A DNA stretch of 57,536 nucleotides from a virus. Lineage: Duplodnaviria > Caudoviricetes. The stretch lies in IMG/VR virus record IMGVR_UViG_3300048999_000258, positions 1 through 57,536 of that record, one strand, 5' to 3'. Made by a program: the position numbers and the translations under genes. The notes under the pieces are model-generated. The model did no database searches, was not told the DNA's origin, and saw only the letters and a list, made by a program, of their open reading frames with translations. This document shows, in pieces, positions 33,847 through 43,818 of this stretch. Within the stretch, counting starts at the first letter, position 1; each line of letters starts with the position of its first letter.

Positions 33847-34079
33847 TGCAAGTCAAAAACCCCGCCCGTCGCCGTATGCGCATTAATGCCGTTTTTAACG
33901 AATGGCTGCGCTCGCCGTTCTTGTTGGCTCTGCCCCTCGTCATCGTGCTGCTGGCTCTGTTCGCAGATGTCGCCGCACAGGCGGGCCTGGTTGGTGTTGC
34001 ATCATCTTTCGCGCTGATGTCGCACGGCGCAATCCTGGTGCTACTTGGGCTTTTGCTGGTGGCATTCTTGCGGCTGTAG
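33846..34079 (+). CDS. Small two-TM membrane protein
   Basis: Basic N-terminus, two hydrophobic segments, TGATG coupling. Confidence 0.55.
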   Translation: MQVKNPARRRMRINAVFNEWLRSPFLLALPLVIVLLALFADVAAQAGLVGVASSFALMSHGAILVLLGLLLVAFLRL

Positions 34080-34148
34080 CTGGCAACCTAATTGTATGTC
34101 GCGCCAACCTTTGCTCTGTTAGCGCGGCAACCTTTGCCTGGAGCAACC

Positions 34149-34718
34149 ATGCCCGACGCGACACCCGAAGACACGACACCGCGCGCCCCTGGCGGCCTGC
34201 TTGAGATGGGCCACCCCAATGAGCTACGCGGCGCCCCTGGCGGCCTGCTTGAGATGGGCCACCTCAATGAGCTACGCGCTGAGATTGAGGCGACACAACG
34301 CGCCGTGCAAGAGGCGCCCTTTACGGCAGGTCCGCCGCCTGCAGCGCCCGGCCAAGACCCGCGTGAAAAAAAGCTCTACAGCTTCGACATTGAATACAAA
34401 GGTGCGCGCGGGCAAATCACAAAGGGCCGCTTCACCAACAAAATCCTCTCCATCGGCGAGAAGATATCCGTCGGCACCATGCGCGCTCGGCTGCAAATGG
34501 GCGTCTCTTTAGATGCGATGGACGTCGATACGTACAACATGCTGTTTCGTGTGACCTGGTTGCAGCAGTCGCTGACCGAAAAGCCCAAGTGGGCCGAAGA
34601 CCTTTTGGCGCTAGAAAGTGAGGGACTCATCAAAGACATCTTCGACAAGGTGGACGCGCATGAGCGCTACTTTCGCGGCGAGGCCCCAGGTGCTGCGGCG
34701 GGCCAAAGAGCGATTTGA
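34149..34718 (+). CDS. Probable tail assembly chaperone
   Basis: GGAG SD before ATG 34149. Two ORFs upstream of tape measure. P.W..D...L..EGLI..IF.KV...E..FR ending. Confidence 0.65.
   Translation: MPDATPEDTTPRAPGGLLEMGHPNELRGAPGGLLEMGHLNELRAEIEATQRAVQEAPFTAGPPPAAPGQDPREKKLYSFDIEYKGARGQITKGRFTNKILSIGEKISVGTMRARLQMGVSLDAMDVDTYNMLFRVTWLQQSLTEKPKWAEDLLALESEGLIKDIFDKVDAHERYFRGEAPGAAAGQRAI
34183..34278 (+). repeat. 48-bp tandem duplication (2 copies, 1 mismatch)
   Basis: GCGCCCCTGGCGGCCTGCTTGAGATGGGCCACC(C/T)CAATGAGCTACGCG twice, in frame. Confidence 0.95.
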
Positions 34719-35061
34719 GCAAGACAGCTTAGGCCGTTGGTTTGCGGATAAATACAAGCTACCCGCGCACCACACGCTGTATTTGTCGCACAGCGAGGCT
34801 GAGCATATGGTGGAGCAGTATAGCGACGTCTTTATGCAGCGCGAGGAAACACAGGCCATGCTTGAGCAGGTGCAAAAAGCCCGCGGTGGGGATATCGACG
34901 CGCAAAAGTCGCGCAACGCCCAGCGTCAGTCGCTGATTGAACGGCTCAACGTGCTCAACACTGCCCTTGATGAGCCAAAGTATGATGACGACCCGCTACT
35001 TAGCCAATGGGACAAAGACCTAGAAGAAGGCCGCACGCCTGACTTCGGCAAACGGTCCTAA
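34672..35061 (+). CDS. Second tail chaperone ORF, probably expressed by +1 frameshift
   Basis: +1 frame relative to the chaperone, overlaps it, no obvious SD. RWFADKYKLP...Y...DDPL..QW; ends 3 nt before tape measure. Confidence 0.55.
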   Translation, partial: FAARPQVLRRAKERFEQDSLGRWFADKYKLPAHHTLYLSHSEAEHMVEQYSDVFMQREETQAMLEQVQKARGGDIDAQKSRNAQRQSLIERLNVLNTALDEPKYDDDPLLSQWDKDLEEGRTPDFGKRS

Positions 35062-35064
35062 CTT

Positions 35065-37122
35065 ATGGCAAATTACGAGACGAAACTCAGCTTCGGCGTA
35101 GACCTTAAGGGCGCCAAGTCTGCGCAGCAGGCCCTCGATGAACTAAATCAAAAAGCCATCGATAACGCCAAAAAGCAGAAGCAGGAGGCTAGCGCCCTTG
35201 CTGATGAGCTGGCCAAGGCAGCGGAAGAGGCTAGGCGCGCAGCAGAGGTGGTGGTCAAAAGCGGCGCCAAAGAGACAGTCGAGCACAAGCGCAGAATCAA
35301 AGAAGTCAAAGAGGCCGCCCGGGAAAAGGCGCGCGCCGCGACAGACGCAGGCCGCGCCCAAGAAGCAGCCATCAAGAAGGTGAAACGCCTCGAGGACCAA
35401 GACCACGTGCAGAAGCTACGGCGCGCCGCAGCTCTGGAGCGAGATGCTGAGCGCGCGCGTGACAAGGAGTCCGCTGCGGACGCAAGGGCTAGCAGGCCCC
35501 AACCCGTCACCTCAGCCAAGCAGGGCGCTTTTGGCCAAGGGTTTTTGCAGGGCGTCATGCCTGGCGGGCTTAGCCGCTTCATTGATAGAGGGCCTGGGGC
35601 AGGGCGGCAGGCCGCTGGCATCGTTGCAGGTGACATGCTCTCGTCTTTGGCCAGCATTCCTTTCGCGGGCGCTGGCGCGCTGACAGGTGCCGCCGGGGCA
35701 TTGGGCTCATTTGTCGGTGCGCCCGTCAGTCAGATGTTTGGCAACACCGGCAACGCGCTGTCACGCCAACGCGCGCAGCTTGGCATGATGCCCTACCTTG
35801 GCGGCTACGGCACACAGGCGATGGCGGGCACAGGTGGTATCGCCAACCTTAGCGATGCCGACCTGCGCGCGCAGGCCGCACGTGAGGGGCGTGCGGCAGG
35901 CAACCCGCACCTTGTAGACGCGGGCCGACCAGGCCTGCTATCACGCCACCAGGCAGGTGCAGGAGACATCAACCCGTATCTTAATTACGTGCGCGGCTCA
36001 GGCAGCGAAGAACAGCGCATCGCATCCGCTCAAAGTAGGCTTGAGCATCAGCGCGACATGGACCGCAACGCCGGGCCTGGCGCCAATGGTCTGCGTGACC
36101 TAGGCCGCATGTACGGTGGCCGAACGTTGTCTGAGACGCAGCAATTTGTCACCCAGATGGCCATGCGCGCCGGCGGCCAGGGCTCAGACCTTGGCGGGCA
36201 GGGGCTTGTAGAGGCAGGGCTTGCGGCCAACACCAAGTACGGCATCAGCGCCGACGTTGCGGGCGCGTACGGTCGTGCCGGGCGCAATGGCGGCATCCTT
36301 GGCGGCGAGGGTAATGACGCAGGCTTTGCGCGCATGATTGGCAATGCGGTCAAGCTTGGGCTGACCGGCTCAGATTTGACCAAGTTTGCCGAGCAGACGG
36401 CGCAGACGCTGAGCGCCTTTGAAGCATCGGGGATACCGCTGGCACCTGGGGCTATTGCTGGGGCGGCCAATGCGTTTGGCGCGGGCGGCGTCGGGCTGGC
36501 GGCACCGCGTGCGGCGTCGGCCGGGTTGGGCGTGGTGGGCGCTGTGCAACAAGCCGGAATGTCGGGGACTCAAGATGCCTTTGGTGTTGCCATGCTGCAG
36601 GCGCTGGGCGGCAGTGAAAGTTATGGGGGGCAGTTGGATGCTGAGCGCGAAATGCGCAACCCGACGGCTTCAACAATCAATAAAATACTTGGTGGGCTAA
36701 CGTCACGAGTGGTTGATGGGGGGCAAGGCAAATACGCACATAAGCAGCTAATGAATATGGCCATGCGGCTGCAATTGCCCACAGATGACGCCTCTATCGA
36801 CAAGTATCAAGCCTACTTAAAGGCAGGAAGAAGCGACTTTGCGACGGGCGAAGGTGCGCCTTTTTCCGTGGACGACCTCAAAGCATCCGCACGGGCCATG
36901 ACGCCCAGCGCTTTGGGCAAAGAAGCGTCACAACAGGACAAGCAGACCGACCTTGGCGAGTCCGCTGTAGGCAGTTCACAGGCCGCCAATGCCGCCGCAA
37001 CCGCTGTGGCCGGCCTGTACGCTGACGCCTTGGCGCCCGTATTGCGGGGTGTGGCGACGGCGTTAACCTCTCTGACGGGCTTTTTAGAGGGCCATAAAGC
37101 CGTCAAAGCAGCGGCGGACTGA
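35065..37122 (+). CDS. Tape measure protein
   Basis: Coiled-coil N-terminus then A/G-rich helical body; lies between chaperones and hub. Confidence 0.75.
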   Translation: MANYETKLSFGVDLKGAKSAQQALDELNQKAIDNAKKQKQEASALADELAKAAEEARRAAEVVVKSGAKETVEHKRRIKEVKEAAREKARAATDAGRAQEAAIKKVKRLEDQDHVQKLRRAAALERDAERARDKESAADARASRPQPVTSAKQGAFGQGFLQGVMPGGLSRFIDRGPGAGRQAAGIVAGDMLSSLASIPFAGAGALTGAAGALGSFVGAPVSQMFGNTGNALSRQRAQLGMMPYLGGYGTQAMAGTGGIANLSDADLRAQAAREGRAAGNPHLVDAGRPGLLSRHQAGAGDINPYLNYVRGSGSEEQRIASAQSRLEHQRDMDRNAGPGANGLRDLGRMYGGRTLSETQQFVTQMAMRAGGQGSDLGGQGLVEAGLAANTKYGISADVAGAYGRAGRNGGILGGEGNDAGFARMIGNAVKLGLTGSDLTKFAEQTAQTLSAFEASGIPLAPGAIAGAANAFGAGGVGLAAPRAASAGLGVVGAVQQAGMSGTQDAFGVAMLQALGGSESYGGQLDAEREMRNPTASTINKILGGLTSRVVDGGQGKYAHKQLMNMAMRLQLPTDDASIDKYQAYLKAGRSDFATGEGAPFSVDDLKASARAMTPSALGKEASQQDKQTDLGESAVGSSQAANAAATAVAGLYADALAPVLRGVATALTSLTGFLEGHKAVKAAAD

Positions 37123-38567
37123 TGTCGTTGCAGGCAAGCACCAACAGCGGTTGTGAAATCACCATCTACCGCCAGCAGGGCGGCATCACCGTGCTGGGCG
37201 GCAGAACGCAGCATGACAGGTTGCCCTCCCTGGTCAGTTGTCACGTACAAAGCCAGCTAGGCGGAGATAGCAGCTTTGGCATCGTCTGTAAGCCGGAGGC
37301 GGGAGACACGTTTTTCGCCTCCCTCATTGATGACGACTGGGTCGATATCGTTTTTACCAAAAACGGCAAGCGCTGGCATGTGTTGCGCGGGCTGATTAGC
37401 GGCATTCGGCGCACGCGTCAGGCCACAGGGTCTGGTGCGACAACCGTGACCTATAGTTTATCTGGACGCAGCTTTCAGCGCATTTTGACTGACACGAGCG
37501 TTTACCTAAACATTGGGCAGCCAGACAACACTTTCGGTGACCTCGCCAACACCGTAACAGACAGGCTTTACGGTCGCCTCGAAGATATCCAGCCGCGCAT
37601 CCTGCTGCGTGTGCTGCAATACTTGGCAGCAAACAAACGAGGCAGCTGGATTTTGCCCGTGGGCATGCCCAACCAAAACCAGCAATTCTACAGCACGCTG
37701 CGTGTGGATACGACCGGCGTAGGCCCTTTGCTGCCGCGAGAGATGGGAATTACGCCCTTTACCATCGACAACGGCACCGTATGGTCTCTGGCGCAGCAAT
37801 ACTCAGACCCCATGTTCACGGAGATTTACTGCGACCAGGTCGACTTTGACCGACCCGTGGCACAGCGTTACGACCTTAATGGCAATGCAGGCCTGGGCGT
37901 TGAAGACACAGCCATGAGCGTCATTGTCCGCGACCGGCCCTTTATTGTGGTCGACCCTCGGCTGGGCGCCGCCATTGGCAAAGACAGCCCGTGGTTCGCG
38001 TTACCGAAGATGACCATCGACCGCCACATGATTGTTAGCGAAGACCTGGGCCGCTCTGGTGAAGAGCGCCTCAACTCTTACAACGCGACCACGAGCTTTG
38101 AGCAAGCAACGTTTGGCACACCGTCAGCGCTCAGTTTTCCGCCCCTATGGGACACGGCGGACATGTCTAGCCATGGCCTGCGTAGGCTTGATGCGACCAG
38201 CACGTATTTTTGCGACACATCATCAGGGGTCAGCGAGCAAGAGTTCAATCTGCGCCGCAAGCTGTTGCTTAAAGACTGGTACTGTTTCAACCCGCAATAC
38301 CTCAACGGCACCCTGCAGCTGGGCACAGGCGCGCCGCACATACATGTCGGCACACGCTTGTACGTGCAGGGCCGCGTGCCCAATGAAGACCTTAACTTCT
38401 ACGTCCAGGGCGTAAGCCACAGCTGGCAGCTTGGGCCTGGCACCAAAACATCCATCACGGTCACGCGCGGCTACGAGGGCACGGACGAAAATCACCTAGC
38501 CCAGCTGCAAATCGCGGCCAGCTCAGGCAATTACAAGGAGGCGCAGTTTGGACTTACGCGGAGCTAA
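37122..38567 (+). CDS. Baseplate hub-like protein
   Basis: Follows tape measure (TGATG). C-terminal NGTLQL...IHVGTRL...FYVQGVSHSW...TSITVTRG is typical of hub proteins. Confidence 0.75.
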   Translation: MSLQASTNSGCEITIYRQQGGITVLGGRTQHDRLPSLVSCHVQSQLGGDSSFGIVCKPEAGDTFFASLIDDDWVDIVFTKNGKRWHVLRGLISGIRRTRQATGSGATTVTYSLSGRSFQRILTDTSVYLNIGQPDNTFGDLANTVTDRLYGRLEDIQPRILLRVLQYLAANKRGSWILPVGMPNQNQQFYSTLRVDTTGVGPLLPREMGITPFTIDNGTVWSLAQQYSDPMFTEIYCDQVDFDRPVAQRYDLNGNAGLGVEDTAMSVIVRDRPFIVVDPRLGAAIGKDSPWFALPKMTIDRHMIVSEDLGRSGEERLNSYNATTSFEQATFGTPSALSFPPLWDTADMSSHGLRRLDATSTYFCDTSSGVSEQEFNLRRKLLLKDWYCFNPQYLNGTLQLGTGAPHIHVGTRLYVQGRVPNEDLNFYVQGVSHSWQLGPGTKTSITVTRGYEGTDENHLAQLQIAASSGNYKEAQFGLTRS

Positions 38568-38568
38568 T

Positions 38569-39600
38569 ATGCCCAGCGGCGCTGTCCGCCAGTCCGGCCT
38601 TAACGCCAGGGGCGCGACGCCCAGGCAGTTACCAGCGCTGTTCGTACGCGGCGTTGTGGTCGCGACGTATGTCACGGATGACCCGCAGCTCACAAGTAGC
38701 AGCGGGCAGGCCGCCACCGCTGTGTATTGCGATGTGCTGACCTACAGTGGCAGCCAAGGGCCGCAGCGCATACTGCTGCCTAAGTGTCTTGTGTGCCAAG
38801 ATTTCGGCGGTATGCAGCACGGCGTGCTCTACAAACCGCGGGCCGCGACCCTAGATGTGTCAGGCCAGCCATTGGATTTAGGTAGCTGCGCTATAGGGCA
38901 GCTCGACGGCGACCACGTCCTGTGCACGTTCCTTGATGGAAATCTAAGCCAACCACTGGTTATTAAGGGTTTGCCTCACCCATCCGCAGACATCGGGCAA
39001 GAGGCCAATCAGGGTGACAACGGCGCGCACCTCAAGCTCAGGCTCGTTGACGGCTCACCCTACATTGTCAAAAACCACGGCAGCTACTTTGGCATAGACG
39101 ACACGGGCAGCTTTGTCGCAGACACGCGCTACGCCAATGACGGCAGCCTTACTTCTTCTGGCGCAGAGCCTGGACCGCCGACAGACGGCACGCTCGGCAA
39201 CCAAACGCAGCGCCTGCATGCGAACGCGCAACGGCTGACGCAGTTCTTTGATATGTCGACGCCCACAGAGCCCGTGCTTGCGCTTCAAGAATTGCTGTCC
39301 ACGACGCAAAAGTTGCTGCACTTTGCCGAAAATCCCGCCAATTTTCAGGTGTCGGACGCATCAGGAAACGCTTTTGAAGTCAGCAGCAGCGGCGTGAACG
39401 CTAGCGCCCAGCTGGGTAGCGGTGCGGTGCACGTCGCGATTGCCGAACACTTGGAGGTGCTTTACGACACGCTATACACGTGGCTCACGACACACGTGCA
39501 TAGCAGCGCAACGGGTCCAACGACACCCCCCACGGGCGCAGCGCCACCCATGTGGGATGCATCAGTGTCGTCAAAAAGGCTGAGCCTTCCCGATGGCTGA
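38569..39600 (+). CDS. Central baseplate spike (gpV/gp45-like)
   Basis: OB-fold-like GDHVLCTFLDGNLSQPLVI and apex THVHSSATGPTTPP (HxH metal motif). Confidence 0.8.
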   Translation: MPSGAVRQSGLNARGATPRQLPALFVRGVVVATYVTDDPQLTSSSGQAATAVYCDVLTYSGSQGPQRILLPKCLVCQDFGGMQHGVLYKPRAATLDVSGQPLDLGSCAIGQLDGDHVLCTFLDGNLSQPLVIKGLPHPSADIGQEANQGDNGAHLKLRLVDGSPYIVKNHGSYFGIDDTGSFVADTRYANDGSLTSSGAEPGPPTDGTLGNQTQRLHANAQRLTQFFDMSTPTEPVLALQELLSTTQKLLHFAENPANFQVSDASGNAFEVSSSGVNASAQLGSGAVHVAIAEHLEVLYDTLYTWLTTHVHSSATGPTTPPTGAAPPMWDASVSSKRLSLPDG

Positions 39601-39692
39601 TAGCATTTTATTGGTCCGCAACGCCGATTAGCGTTTCACTCTTCTTAGGCCACCAATTGCAGCAGCCTCAGGCCGGAATAATGGAGATTGCA

Positions 39693-40103
39693 ATGTGCTT
39701 TCGAGCTGACTTTTATCTAGGTCGTGGCAAACGTGCTCTTTGGCTAGGCTCATTACGCGAGCATGGCGCGCCTGTGCACCTGCGCTACGCCCTTAAGAGA
39801 TGCAACGACCAGCGCGCGTTTTACGCCGCGGCCCTTGAGTTGGTCACGTCCATTCCCGACGGGGTGCCGCGTGAGCAGGGATGGCCGTGGTCTTACCCTG
39901 ATAGCAGCCAAACGGACTATACCTACGCGTTTGACGATGGGCAGCTGTTTGTAAGCTGTTACGGTAGCCCGTTTGTGCCCGTGTCAGCGCTCAACCTAAA
40001 CTCGCTGTTAGACGATTACGACTTCGACGATGCCTACGGAGATGAGCCCATATTTCCGCTGATGCCGCAGGCTGGTTTGATGGCCGTCACTGACGTAGCC
40101 TAG
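39693..40103 (+). CDS. Hypothetical protein within the baseplate cluster
   Basis: GGAG SD before ATG 39693; RADFYLGRG...WLGS...GWPW.Y..S..TDYTYAF. Confidence 0.65.
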   Translation: MCFRADFYLGRGKRALWLGSLREHGAPVHLRYALKRCNDQRAFYAAALELVTSIPDGVPREQGWPWSYPDSSQTDYTYAFDDGQLFVSCYGSPFVPVSALNLNSLLDDYDFDDAYGDEPIFPLMPQAGLMAVTDVA

Positions 40104-40123
40104 CGGCAGCCAGGGAGGCCGCT

Positions 40124-42106
40124 TTGAGCTTGCTAGACAATTTCATAGGAACGCTGGCATCGCTACAGCCCGCCGCCGCCAAGGAACGTACGCGCGCCCA
40201 ACAGGCCGATGACGAAGCCTTCTGCATTGCGGACTACCTTTATTACTTTGAACTTATCTTGCCAGCGTCCGTAACGGGCAACTTGGCGACCAATTATCTC
40301 ATTCCTCTGGTTTTGGGCCCCCAAAGCATCACGATGGACGAGCCGTTTACCGTCGAAATCACTAAGACACTGGGCGGCGGACTGTATTGTGAGGAAAACG
40401 GCGTTCTTGAGAGAAATTTGCGAATTTCAGGCAACACTGGATGGGCGCCCATTGCGTTTCCGATTGACCAGCAACCAGGATTTCTCACCGCTGGCGGTGT
40501 CGTTGGTAAATCCTACAGCCGCTCTTTGCCGTTTGTGATAGCTACGGCTCTAAGCGGACAGAGGCACTTCCAGCTGCTGCAAGATGCGTTTAGAACCTAT
40601 GCAGACGCAAAAGCCAACCCAAGCTACGCCGCTGGCGTTAGCTTATTATTTCACAACCCGCGCGAGTCGGAAGACTGGCAAGTTGTCCCGCGCAACTTCA
40701 ACCTGTCGCGGTCTACTGCCAATACGCTAGGCTACCCTTACAGCATTGAACTAAGTATTGTTGGCCCTGCTAAATACACTGCGGCGCCCGTAGCCAGTCC
40801 AGACCAGACCGTTCTCAACAGTATGCGCAACGCGCTGCAGACGGCATCTAACTTTGTTACGACCGTGACCGCTGACGTCAACCAGCTGACCGCTGTCGAA
40901 CTACAGATGCGCCTGGTGTTCAAAAGCATGGACGCCGTGCTCATCAACTGCTTCAGCCTTCTCAACGCCGCATCATCTTTCGTGTCCGGCGCGGCCACGC
41001 TGATACAGGCGCCTTATGCCTTATGCGCCCTGACGGCGGTGCTGATTGAGGCATCGCTTGCACAGGCTGAGGCTGCGGCTGGCGCGGTCGCAAATACAGG
41101 AGCGCTCTACTCAGGCATTCCCGCAATTTACGTGGCCACCTGGCGACGGGTCGTGGACTCTTTGCTGCTGCTTGGCACGCACCCGGAAAGCTTTGTCACA
41201 GACACCGCGTCCAAGCTGGCCCTTCTTCGTGCAAATCAATCACTATCGCAACAGGTATCCTCCTCCGCGCTGGCAACCGCCGCGACAACCGCCAATCCTA
41301 AATCTTTCGCAGCAGCCACGGCATCCGGGTCAACATTGCTGCCCAGCGACGCAGCGCAGGCGCAAGTGACATCTGGCACTCAAACCGCGCAGGCCGCTTT
41401 CACATCCACAAGCACCTATGTCGTACAGCAGGGAGACACCCTTGTGTCGATTGCCGCCAAGCTCATGGGAGACGCCCGCCTGTGGGTCTACTTAGCCATT
41501 GCCAATGGCCTCAAGCTTCCTCTAGGCGAAAACGTAGCGACTAAGGTGCTGCAAAGCGCCGCTGATACGCAGCTGACATCAGGTATGCTTAGCCTTGGGC
41601 AGACCATCTACATCCCCAACTACAGCCAGCCCGTCAGCGCCTTGCCTGCCGTGCCCGTGCTTGGGGTTGCCACTGACGCGCCCGCAGCGACTCAGGTCAT
41701 TGGCACAGATTACGCCCTCAACTTTAGCCAGGGAGGCAGCGTCGAATCGTCAGACACTGAAACGCTAGTTGACCTCGTTTTAGACCCTGTCACCCGCGCA
41801 GATTGCCTGACGGTCACGGGTGCTAAAAACATGCAACAAGCCATCTTGCTCAGGCTCAACACTGAGCAGGGAACAGACCAGCTTATGCCCGACCTCGGGC
41901 TACAGCCCATCATCGGCCTTGGCTTGGCTGCGGCGGATGTGCAGGCAATCCAATATCGCATGAAGGCCGCGCTGCTGGCGGACCCGCGTATTTCAGATGT
42001 CACCAACATTTCTACAGACAACAGCGCAGGGCCTGACGCGGTTTATTTGACAGCAACAGCGCAGGTAACCGGGCTTGGGCAGGGCGTGACTGTAACGACG
42101 GCTTGA
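40124..42106 (+). CDS. Baseplate fusion protein: tube-initiator-like + LysM + gp25/W-like
   Basis: N-terminal PQSITMDEP...TKTLGG...ISGNTG; LysM YVVQQGDTLVSIAAKLMGDARLW..LA.AN; C-terminal G..NMQQAI..RL.TEQG...P..G...LLADPRI..V. Confidence 0.8.
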   Translation: MSLLDNFIGTLASLQPAAAKERTRAQQADDEAFCIADYLYYFELILPASVTGNLATNYLIPLVLGPQSITMDEPFTVEITKTLGGGLYCEENGVLERNLRISGNTGWAPIAFPIDQQPGFLTAGGVVGKSYSRSLPFVIATALSGQRHFQLLQDAFRTYADAKANPSYAAGVSLLFHNPRESEDWQVVPRNFNLSRSTANTLGYPYSIELSIVGPAKYTAAPVASPDQTVLNSMRNALQTASNFVTTVTADVNQLTAVELQMRLVFKSMDAVLINCFSLLNAASSFVSGAATLIQAPYALCALTAVLIEASLAQAEAAAGAVANTGALYSGIPAIYVATWRRVVDSLLLLGTHPESFVTDTASKLALLRANQSLSQQVSSSALATAATTANPKSFAAATASGSTLLPSDAAQAQVTSGTQTAQAAFTSTSTYVVQQGDTLVSIAAKLMGDARLWVYLAIANGLKLPLGENVATKVLQSAADTQLTSGMLSLGQTIYIPNYSQPVSALPAVPVLGVATDAPAATQVIGTDYALNFSQGGSVESSDTETLVDLVLDPVTRADCLTVTGAKNMQQAILLRLNTEQGTDQLMPDLGLQPIIGLGLAAADVQAIQYRMKAALLADPRISDVTNISTDNSAGPDAVYLTATAQVTGLGQGVTVTTA

Positions 42107-42138
42107 GCCGCAAACCGCGTCGCGTTACCGTTTCATCC

Positions 42139-42369
42139 ATGGAAAACAAACACCCGCACTTCTCGCTCACATCGCTCAAACCATCGTTGCTGTCTTTGCA
42201 GGCGTCTGCTCAAAAGCTTCTGGCTTCTGCAGGCGGCTCGCAGGCGGTCCTTGATGATGCCCTAGGACTAATTGAGCAAGCGATGGCCAGCGACAACATT
42301 CCTTTGTCGCTTGTCGAGCAAGTCGTCATCCTCATCGCTGACGCGATTAAGGCCCAAGCGAAACCCTAA
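42139..42369 (+). CDS. Hypothetical small helical protein
   Basis: Fills the gap before baseplate J. Confidence 0.45.
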   Translation: MENKHPHFSLTSLKPSLLSLQASAQKLLASAGGSQAVLDDALGLIEQAMASDNIPLSLVEQVVILIADAIKAQAKP

Positions 42370-42408
42370 GGGTTGGGGCTGGCGTCCCGGCTAGGCTAGG
42401 ATGGCCGC

Positions 42409-43818
42409 ATGCGATTATTGCCGCCCACGTATGAGCAGATCCTCCAACAGTTCCTGTCACGGCTGGTTACTCTAGCCGGCCTGTCTGATGTCAGCGATAC
42501 GTCCGTCTTGCGTCACACGGGTGCCGCCATTGCGCGTGCGGTCGACCAGGCCAACTATCAGACGCTGGCGCTATTAGACCGCTTCTCCATAGATACGGCT
42601 CAGGGCGCTGACCTAGACGCGCGTGCCGCCGAGATACAGCCCGGCACCATTAACCGCTTTTTGGCCACATCTGCCGCCGGCAACGTTATCTTTACGCGCG
42701 CTGCTCAAAGCGGCACTGTTGGCATCCCCGCCGGCACGCAGGTGTCTGACAGCCTAGGCAATGTTTTTGCCACGCAGGCCAATGGGCTCATCACACCGGT
42801 CAGCTCAGCCCAAATATCGGGGCACCTGGTGGGCCAAGACTGCTCTTTGGTGCCTATCAAGGCAGTTCTTGCAGGCAGCGCAGGCAATGTCGCAGACGGC
42901 ACCATCACGACGTTTGTGCAGCGCCCGACCGGCATAGACAGCGTCATCAATGTGGGCGCTACGTCTCAGGGCACCGACGAGGAAAGCGACACAAGCTTTC
43001 GCGCCCGCATCAAAGCCTACGTCGCGTCTTTGCCCCGCAGCACGCCCTTGGCCCTGCAGACGGCGGTGCTTGGGCAGACAGACCCTGTCAGCGGTGACCA
43101 GATTCTGTTTGCCCAGGTATCTGAGGATGCGACCACTCCTGGCTACGTGCAGCTATATATTGACGATGGCACAGGCACCTCGGAGAGCGTGGCTACAGTC
43201 ACCGGTGAAATCGTCACAAGCGCCTTGTCCGGTCCACCGGTAGGCAGCGCTGTTGGTGGTGAATTGCGGCTCAGCCTAGACCAGTATCCTGTCAAAGCCG
43301 CCGATGTTGTGACGCTTACAAGCAACGCACGGGGTGCGCTGGCGCAAGGCACAGATTACACGCTGCACGCCCCGTCAGGCCTGCTGGTATTTACGCCAGC
43401 GCTCATCAAGGGCGAGGTCATCACAGCGAGCTACACCTATTTCACCGGCATCATCGCCTTGGCTCAGAAGATAGTTGATGGGTCCCAGGCAGACCCGACC
43501 AATTACCCCGGTATCCGCGCTGCAGGCATCTCAGTTACGTGCCTTGCGCCATTGGTGATAGCGGTGCCTATCAGCGTCACGTGCACCGTGGAGGACGGGT
43601 ATGATGCGGCGTCGACACGCACGGCGGTGCAAAGCGCTATTTTGTCCTATGTAAACGCCCTGCCGATATCAGGCGATATCCTGCTCGCCGGACTGTTTCA
43701 GGCCATAATGGCTCAACAGGGCATTAGTAACGCGACCATCACGACACCCGCCGCAGATGTACCCGTGGGCGATGGCGCAATCGCACGCATCCTCGCTAGC
43801 AACGTGACGGTCAACTAG
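42409..43818 (+). CDS. Baseplate J-like wedge protein
   Basis: DTAQGADLDARA, G..GNV....IT, GTDEESDTSFRARI, GIRAAGI, ILSYVNALPISGD. Confidence 0.92.
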   Translation: MRLLPPTYEQILQQFLSRLVTLAGLSDVSDTSVLRHTGAAIARAVDQANYQTLALLDRFSIDTAQGADLDARAAEIQPGTINRFLATSAAGNVIFTRAAQSGTVGIPAGTQVSDSLGNVFATQANGLITPVSSAQISGHLVGQDCSLVPIKAVLAGSAGNVADGTITTFVQRPTGIDSVINVGATSQGTDEESDTSFRARIKAYVASLPRSTPLALQTAVLGQTDPVSGDQILFAQVSEDATTPGYVQLYIDDGTGTSESVATVTGEIVTSALSGPPVGSAVGGELRLSLDQYPVKAADVVTLTSNARGALAQGTDYTLHAPSGLLVFTPALIKGEVITASYTYFTGIIALAQKIVDGSQADPTNYPGIRAAGISVTCLAPLVIAVPISVTCTVEDGYDAASTRTAVQSAILSYVNALPISGDILLAGLFQAIMAQQGISNATITTPAADVPVGDGAIARILASNVTVN

